Assembly (NCBI RefSeq): GCF_036507355.1
Contig: NZ_AP027877.1
Source of the DNA: Escherichia coli
Lineage (GTDB): Bacteria; Pseudomonadota; Gammaproteobacteria; Enterobacterales; Enterobacteriaceae
Strand: one strand, 5' to 3'
DNA length: 64,000 nt
Under the pieces are notes generated by a model, which did no database searches, had not been told where the DNA came from, and saw nothing but the letters and a program-made list of their open reading frames with translations. Of this stretch, positions 59,098 to 64,000 are shown one piece after another; the first letter of the stretch is position 1; each line of letters starts with the position of its first letter. The position numbers were made by a program, and so were the translations under genes.

Positions 59098-59678
59098 CCC
59101 TGGAAACCGCTTTTATGCTTCCCGTGCAGGATGCCCAGCACAGTTTTCGTCGCCTGTTAAAGGCCATGAGCGAGCCGGGCGTGATTGTCGCCCTGCATCA
59201 GCTCAAACGCGGCTGGCAGCCGCTGAATATCGCCACCACCAGCGTGCTGCTGACGCTGGCTGATAACGACACGCCGGTGTGGCTTGCCGCGCCATTAAGT
59301 AACGATATCGTCAGCCAGAGCCTGCGTTTTCATACCAACGCGCCGCTGGTCAATCAACCGGAACAGGCGACCTTCGCGGTGACGGATGAGACGATTTCCA
59401 GCGAACAGCTCAACGCCCTTTCCACCGGCACCGCCGTTGCGCCAGAAGCGGGCGCGACGCTGATTTTACAGGTCGCCAGCCTGAGCGGCGGGCGCATGTT
59501 GCGCCTCACCGGTGCGGGTATTGCCGAAGAACGAATGATCGCTCCGCAGCTGCCGGAGTGCATTTTGCACGAACTCACCGAGCGCCCGCACCCGTTCCCG
59601 CTCGGCATCGACCTGATCCTGACCTGCGGCGAGCGCCTGCTGGCTGTTCCGCGAACCACTCATGTGGAGGTGTGCTGA
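59094..59678 (+). CDS. phnH: C-P lyase core complex subunit PhnH (194 aa)
   Basis: Track ORF 59094..59678; 4-bp overlap with phnG. Confidence 0.95.
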   Translation: MTLETAFMLPVQDAQHSFRRLLKAMSEPGVIVALHQLKRGWQPLNIATTSVLLTLADNDTPVWLAAPLSNDIVSQSLRFHTNAPLVNQPEQATFAVTDETISSEQLNALSTGTAVAPEAGATLILQVASLSGGRMLRLTGAGIAEERMIAPQLPECILHELTERPHPFPLGIDLILTCGERLLAVPRTTHVEVC

Positions 59679-60742
59679 TGTACGTTGCCGTGAAAGGGGG
59701 CGAGAAGGCGATCGACGCCGCCCACGCCCTGCAAGAGAGCCGACGCCGGGGCGATACCGATTTGCCCGAACTGAGCGTCGCCCAGATTGAACAGCAGCTT
59801 AACCTCGCGGTAGATCGCGTGATGACCGAAGGCGGCATTGCCGACCGCGAACTGGCGGCGCTGGCGCTGAAACAGGCCAGCGGCGATAACGTCGAAGCGA
59901 TTTTTCTGCTGCGCGCCTACCGCACCACGCTGGCGAAGCTGGCGGTGAGCGAACCGCTCGACACCACCGGGATGCGTCTCGAACGGCGTATCTCCGCTGT
60001 TTATAAAGATATTCCCGGCGGCCAACTGCTTGGCCCAACCTACGACTACACCCATCGCCTGCTCGATTTCACCCTGCTGGCAAACGGCGAAGCGCCAACG
60101 CTGACCACCGCCGACAGCGAACAACAGCCGTCGCCGCACGTTTTCAGCCTGCTTGCGCGTCAGGGGCTGGCGAAGTTTGAAGAGGATAGCGGCGCACAGC
60201 CGGATGACATCACCCGCACGCCGCCGGTTTACCCCTGCTCACGTTCTTCCCGTTTGCAGCAGTTGATGCGCGGCGACGAAGGCTATTTGCTGGCGCTGGC
60301 CTACTCCACCCAACGCGGTTACGGGCGCAATCACCCGTTCGCGGGTGAAATCCGCAGTGGTTACATCGACGTGTCGATTGTGCCGGAAGAGCTGGGATTT
60401 GCGGTAAACGTCGGCGAACTGCTGATGACCGAGTGTGAAATGGTCAACGGTTTTATCGATCCGCCGGATGAACCACCGCATTTTACACGCGGCTACGGGC
60501 TGGTGTTCGGCATGAGCGAGCGCAAAGCGATGGCAATGGCGCTAGTCGATCGTGCGTTGCAGGCCCCGGAGTACGGCGAGCACGCGACAGGCCCGGCGCA
60601 GGATGAAGAGTTCGTGCTGGCGCATGCCGACAACGTCGAAGCCGCAGGCTTTGTCTCGCACCTCAAACTCCCGCACTACGTCGATTTCCAGGCCGAACTG
60701 GAGCTACTCAAACGTCTGCAACAGGAGCAGAACCATGGCTAA
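59678..60742 (+). CDS. phnI: C-P lyase core complex subunit PhnI (354 aa)
   Basis: Within track ORF 59558..60742; start ATG 59678 ([32 protein letters not shown]...); 1-bp overlap with the phnH stop. Confidence 0.95.
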   Translation: MYVAVKGGEKAIDAAHALQESRRRGDTDLPELSVAQIEQQLNLAVDRVMTEGGIADRELAALALKQASGDNVEAIFLLRAYRTTLAKLAVSEPLDTTGMRLERRISAVYKDIPGGQLLGPTYDYTHRLLDFTLLANGEAPTLTTADSEQQPSPHVFSLLARQGLAKFEEDSGAQPDDITRTPPVYPCSRSSRLQQLMRGDEGYLLALAYSTQRGYGRNHPFAGEIRSGYIDVSIVPEELGFAVNVGELLMTECEMVNGFIDPPDEPPHFTRGYGLVFGMSERKAMAMALVDRALQAPEYGEHATGPAQDEEFVLAHADNVEAAGFVSHLKLPHYVDFQAELELLKRLQQEQNHG

Positions 60743-61580
60743 TCTGAGCGGCTACAACTTTGCCTACCTCGACGAGCAGACCAAACGCATGATCCGCCGC
60801 GCCATCTTAAAAGCGGTGGCGATCCCCGGTTATCAGGTGCCGTTTGGCGGGCGCGAGATGCCGATGCCGTACGGCTGGGGAACCGGCGGCATACAGCTTA
60901 CCGCCAGCGTGATTGGCGAAAGCGACGTACTGAAGGTGATTGACCAGGGAGCGGATGACACCACCAACGCCGTGTCGATTCGCAACTTCTTCAAGCGCGT
61001 GACCGGGGTAAACACCACGGAACGTACGGACGATGCGACGGTTATCCAGACGCGTCACCGCATCCCCGAAACGCCGCTGACCGAAGATCAGATCATTATT
61101 TTCCAGGTGCCGATCCCCGAACCGCTGCGCTTTATCGAGCCGCGCGAAACGGAAACCCGCACCATGCACGCGCTGGAGGAGTACGGCGTGATGCAGGTGA
61201 AACTGTATGAAGATATCGCCCGCTTCGGTCATATCGCCACCACCTACGCCTATCCGGTGAAGGTGAACGGGCGCTACGTGATGGACCCGTCGCCGATCCC
61301 GAAATTCGATAACCCGAAAATGGACATGATGCCTGCCCTGCAGCTGTTCGGCGCGGGGCGCGAAAAGCGCATCTATGCGGTGCCACCGTTTACCCGCGTT
61401 GAAAGTCTCGATTTCGAGGATCACCCGTTCACCGTTCAGCAGTGGGATGAGCCATGCGCCATCTGCGGATCGACCCACAGCTATCTCGATGAAGTGGTGC
61501 TGGATGACGCCGGAAACCGCATGTTTGTCTGCTCCGATACCGATTATTGCCGCCAACAGAGCGAGGCAAAAAGCCAATGA
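60735..61580 (+). CDS. phnJ: Alpha-D-ribose 1-methylphosphonate 5-phosphate C-P lyase PhnJ (281 aa)
   Basis: Within track ORF 60552..61580; start ATG 60735 (MANLSGYNFAYLDEQTKRMIRRAILKAVAIPGYQVPFGGREMPMPYGWGTGG...); C-terminal Cys cluster CAICGS...CSDTDYC for the 4Fe-4S site. Confidence 0.95.
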   Translation: MANLSGYNFAYLDEQTKRMIRRAILKAVAIPGYQVPFGGREMPMPYGWGTGGIQLTASVIGESDVLKVIDQGADDTTNAVSIRNFFKRVTGVNTTERTDDATVIQTRHRIPETPLTEDQIIIFQVPIPEPLRFIEPRETETRTMHALEEYGVMQVKLYEDIARFGHIATTYAYPVKVNGRYVMDPSPIPKFDNPKMDMMPALQLFGAGREKRIYAVPPFTRVESLDFEDHPFTVQQWDEPCAICGSTHSYLDEVVLDDAGNRMFVCSDTDYCRQQSEAKSQ

Positions 61581-62335
61581 ATCAACCGTTACTTTCGGTC
61601 AATAACCTGACCCACCTTTACGCGCCGGGCAAAGGCTTTAGCGATGTCTCTTTTGATTTATGGCCGGGGGAAGTGCTGGGCATTGTCGGGGAGTCCGGCT
61701 CCGGGAAGACCACGCTGCTGAAATCAATCTCCGCGCGCCTGACGCCGCAGCAGGGGGAAATTCACTACGAGAACCGTTCGCTGTATGCAATGAGCGAGGC
61801 CGACCGCCGTCGCCTGCTGCGCACCGAATGGGGCGTGGTGCATCAGCATCCGCTCGACGGCCTGCGCCGCCAGGTCTCAGCAGGCGGCAACATCGGCGAG
61901 CGGCTGATGGCGACCGGGGCGCGTCATTACGGCGATATTCGCGCCACCGCGCAGAAGTGGCTGGAAGAGGTGGAAATTCCCGCCAACCGGATCGACGACC
62001 TGCCGACCACCTTTTCCGGCGGCATGCAGCAACGTTTGCAGATTGCCCGCAACCTGGTGACGCATCCGAAGCTGGTATTTATGGACGAGCCAACCGGCGG
62101 GCTGGATGTGTCGGTGCAGGCCCGCCTGCTCGACCTGCTGCGCGGCCTGGTGGTGGAGCTGAACCTGGCGGTGGTTATTGTCACCCATGATTTAGGCGTC
62201 GCCCGCCTGCTGGCGGACCGTTTGCTGGTGATGAAGCAGGGGCAAGTGGTGGAGAGTGGGTTAACCGACCGCGTGCTCGACGACCCGCATCATCCGTATA
62301 CACAGCTGCTGGTGTCATCGGTTTTGCAGAATTGA
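61577..62335 (+). CDS. phnK: C-P lyase-associated ATP-binding protein PhnK (252 aa)
   Basis: Within track ORF 61547..62335; start ATG 61577 ([15 protein letters not shown]...); Walker [10 protein letters not shown]. Confidence 0.95.
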   Translation: MNQPLLSVNNLTHLYAPGKGFSDVSFDLWPGEVLGIVGESGSGKTTLLKSISARLTPQQGEIHYENRSLYAMSEADRRRLLRTEWGVVHQHPLDGLRRQVSAGGNIGERLMATGARHYGDIRATAQKWLEEVEIPANRIDDLPTTFSGGMQQRLQIARNLVTHPKLVFMDEPTGGLDVSVQARLLDLLRGLVVELNLAVVIVTHDLGVARLLADRLLVMKQGQVVESGLTDRVLDDPHHPYTQLLVSSVLQN

Positions 62336-62338
62336 GCC

Positions 62339-62425
62339 GGTGCCGGATGCGGCGTAAACGCCTTATCCTGCCTACAAATGCGCTCCCCGTAGGTCGGATA
62401 AGACGCGTCAGCGTCGCATCCGACA
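62339..62425. repeat. REP/BIME element
   Basis: GCCGGATGCGGCGTAAACGCCTTATCCTGCCTAC ... GTAGGTCGGATAAGACGCGTCAGCGTCGCATCCGACA; boundaries approximate. Confidence 0.65.
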
Positions 62426-62445
62426 CCCGAACCACGAGGCGAAAA

Positions 62446-63126
62446 ATGATTAACGTACAAAACGTCAGTAAAACCTTCATCCTGCACCAGCAAAACGGCG
62501 TGCGCCTGCCCGTCCTCAACCGCGCCTCGCTCACCGTCAACGCGGGCGAATGCGTGGTGCTCCACGGCCATTCCGGCAGCGGAAAATCAACCCTGCTACG
62601 CTCGCTGTACGCCAACTATCTGCCCGACGAAGGGCAAATCCAGATCAAACACGGTGACGAATGGGTCGATCTGGTCACCGCGCCAGCGCGCAAAGTGGTG
62701 GAGATCCGCAAAACCACCGTTGGCTGGGTGAGCCAGTTTCTGCGCGTCATCCCGCGCATTTCGGCGCTGGAAGTGGTGATGCAGCCGCTACTCGATACCG
62801 GCGTACCACGTGAAGCCTGCGCCGCTAAAGCCGCGCGTCTTCTCACCCGCCTGAACGTGCCGGAACGCCTGTGGCACCTGGCTCCATCGACCTTCTCCGG
62901 CGGCGAACAGCAGCGCGTCAACATCGCCCGCGGCTTTATCGTCGACTACCCCATTCTGCTGCTCGACGAACCTACCGCCTCGCTGGACGCCAAAAACAGC
63001 GCCGCGGTGGTGGAACTGATTCACGAAGCCAAAGCCCGTGGCGCAGCCATTGTCGGCATCTTCCATGACGAAGCCGTACGTAATGACGTTGCCGACCGCC
63101 TGCACCCAATGGGAGCCTCTTCATGA
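62446..63126 (+). CDS. phnL: C-P lyase-associated ATP-binding protein PhnL (226 aa)
   Basis: Within track ORF 62332..63126 (upstream part is REP read-through); start ATG 62446 ([25 protein letters not shown]...); Walker [10 protein letters not shown]. Confidence 0.95.
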   Translation: MINVQNVSKTFILHQQNGVRLPVLNRASLTVNAGECVVLHGHSGSGKSTLLRSLYANYLPDEGQIQIKHGDEWVDLVTAPARKVVEIRKTTVGWVSQFLRVIPRISALEVVMQPLLDTGVPREACAAKAARLLTRLNVPERLWHLAPSTFSGGEQQRVNIARGFIVDYPILLLDEPTASLDAKNSAAVVELIHEAKARGAAIVGIFHDEAVRNDVADRLHPMGASS

Positions 63127-64000
63127 TTATCAATAACGTCAAATTGGTGCTGGAAAACGAAGTGGTACACGGTTCACTGGAGGTGCAGGACGGCGAAATC
63201 CGCGCCTTTGCCGAAAGCCAGAGCCGCCTGCCGGAGGCGATGGACGGCGAAGGCGGCTGGCTGCTGCCGGGGCTGATTGAGCTGCATACCGATAATCTGG
63301 ATAAATTCTTCACCCCGCGCCCGAAAGTTGACTGGCCTGCCCACTCGGCGATGAGCAGCCACGACGCGCTGATGGTGGCGAGCGGCATCACCACCGTACT
63401 GGATGCCGTGGCAATTGGCGACGTGCGCGACGGCGGCGATCGGCTGGAGAATCTTGAGAAGATGATCAACGCCATCGAAGAGACGCAGAAACGCGGCGTC
63501 AACCGCGCCGAGCACCGTCTACACCTGCGCTGCGAACTGCCGCATCACACCACGCTGCCGCTGTTTGAAAAACTGGTGCAGCGCGAGCCGGTGACGCTGG
63601 TGTCGCTGATGGACCACTCGCCGGGCCAGCGCCAGTTCGCCAATCGCGAGAAGTATCGCGAATATTATCAGGGTAAATACTCGCTCACTGATGCGCAGAT
63701 GCAGCAGTACGAAGAAGAGCAACTGGCGCTCGCCGCACGCTGGTCGCAGCCGAATCGCGAATCCATCGCCGCCCTGTGCCGCGCGCGACACATTGCGCTT
63801 GCCAGCCACGATGACGCCACCCACGCCCACGTTGCCGAATCCCACCAGCTTGGCAGCGTGATCGCCGAATTTCCCACCACGTTCGAAGCGGCAGAAGCCT
63901 CGCGCAAGCATGGCATGAACGTGTTGATGGGCGCGCCGAATATCGTGCGCGGCGGTTCGCACTCCGGCAACGTGGCGGCCAGTGAACTGGCACAGCTTGG
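63123..64000 (+). CDS. phnM: Ribosyl-triphosphate diphosphohydrolase PhnM, N-terminal part (continues beyond window end)
   Basis: ATG 63123 overlaps the phnL stop (ATGA); [63 protein letters not shown]... amidohydrolase-family N-terminus; no stop before 64000. Confidence 0.93.
   Translation, partial: MIINNVKLVLENEVVHGSLEVQDGEIRAFAESQSRLPEAMDGEGGWLLPGLIELHTDNLDKFFTPRPKVDWPAHSAMSSHDALMVASGITTVLDAVAIGDVRDGGDRLENLEKMINAIEETQKRGVNRAEHRLHLRCELPHHTTLPLFEKLVQREPVTLVSLMDHSPGQRQFANREKYREYYQGKYSLTDAQMQQYEEEQLALAARWSQPNRESIAALCRARHIALASHDDATHAHVAESHQLGSVIAEFPTTFEAAEASRKHGMNVLMGAPNIVRGGSHSGNVAASELAQL

Overview
This window is a contiguous stretch of Escherichia coli core chromosome, in inverted orientation relative to the K-12 MG1655 map (roughly the 4.31-4.38 Mb neighbourhood). 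I did not find a novel or previously undescribed system; almost every ORF of plausible size is a well-known gene. All identifications are by recognition of the translated ORFs and sequence motifs, not by database search. Gene order runs: frdB (3' end)-frdC-frdD, ampC, blc, gdx(sugE), ecnB, ecnA, efp, epmB, an IS1 copy, yjeJ, yjeI, groEL-groES, yjeH, fxsA, aspA, dcuA, cutA-dsbD, yjdC, tRNA-Phe (pheU), cadC-cadB-cadA, dtpC, lysU, ghoT-ghoS, yjdJ, yjdI, dcuS-dcuR, dcuB, fumB, yjdF, melB-melA, melR, adiA-adiY-adiC, eptA-basR-basS with pmrR, proP, yjcZ-crfC, phnA, phnB, and phnCDEFGHIJKL plus the 5' part of phnM. What is worth a second look is strain-level variation: (1) a complete 768-bp IS1 with a perfect 9-bp target-site duplication between epmB and yjeJ; (2) a GroEL C-terminal tail with five GGM repeats rather than the four I recall for K-12; (3) an uninterrupted phnE, so the phosphonate operon is probably functional; (4) the ghoST type V toxin-antitoxin pair; (5) pmrR overlapping the basS 3' end convergently. 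Six REP/BIME clusters account for several spurious ORFs in the track, and many long antisense ORFs are shadow frames of real genes. Start codons were chosen by matching known N-termini; the track often begins upstream, sometimes at GTG/TTG.
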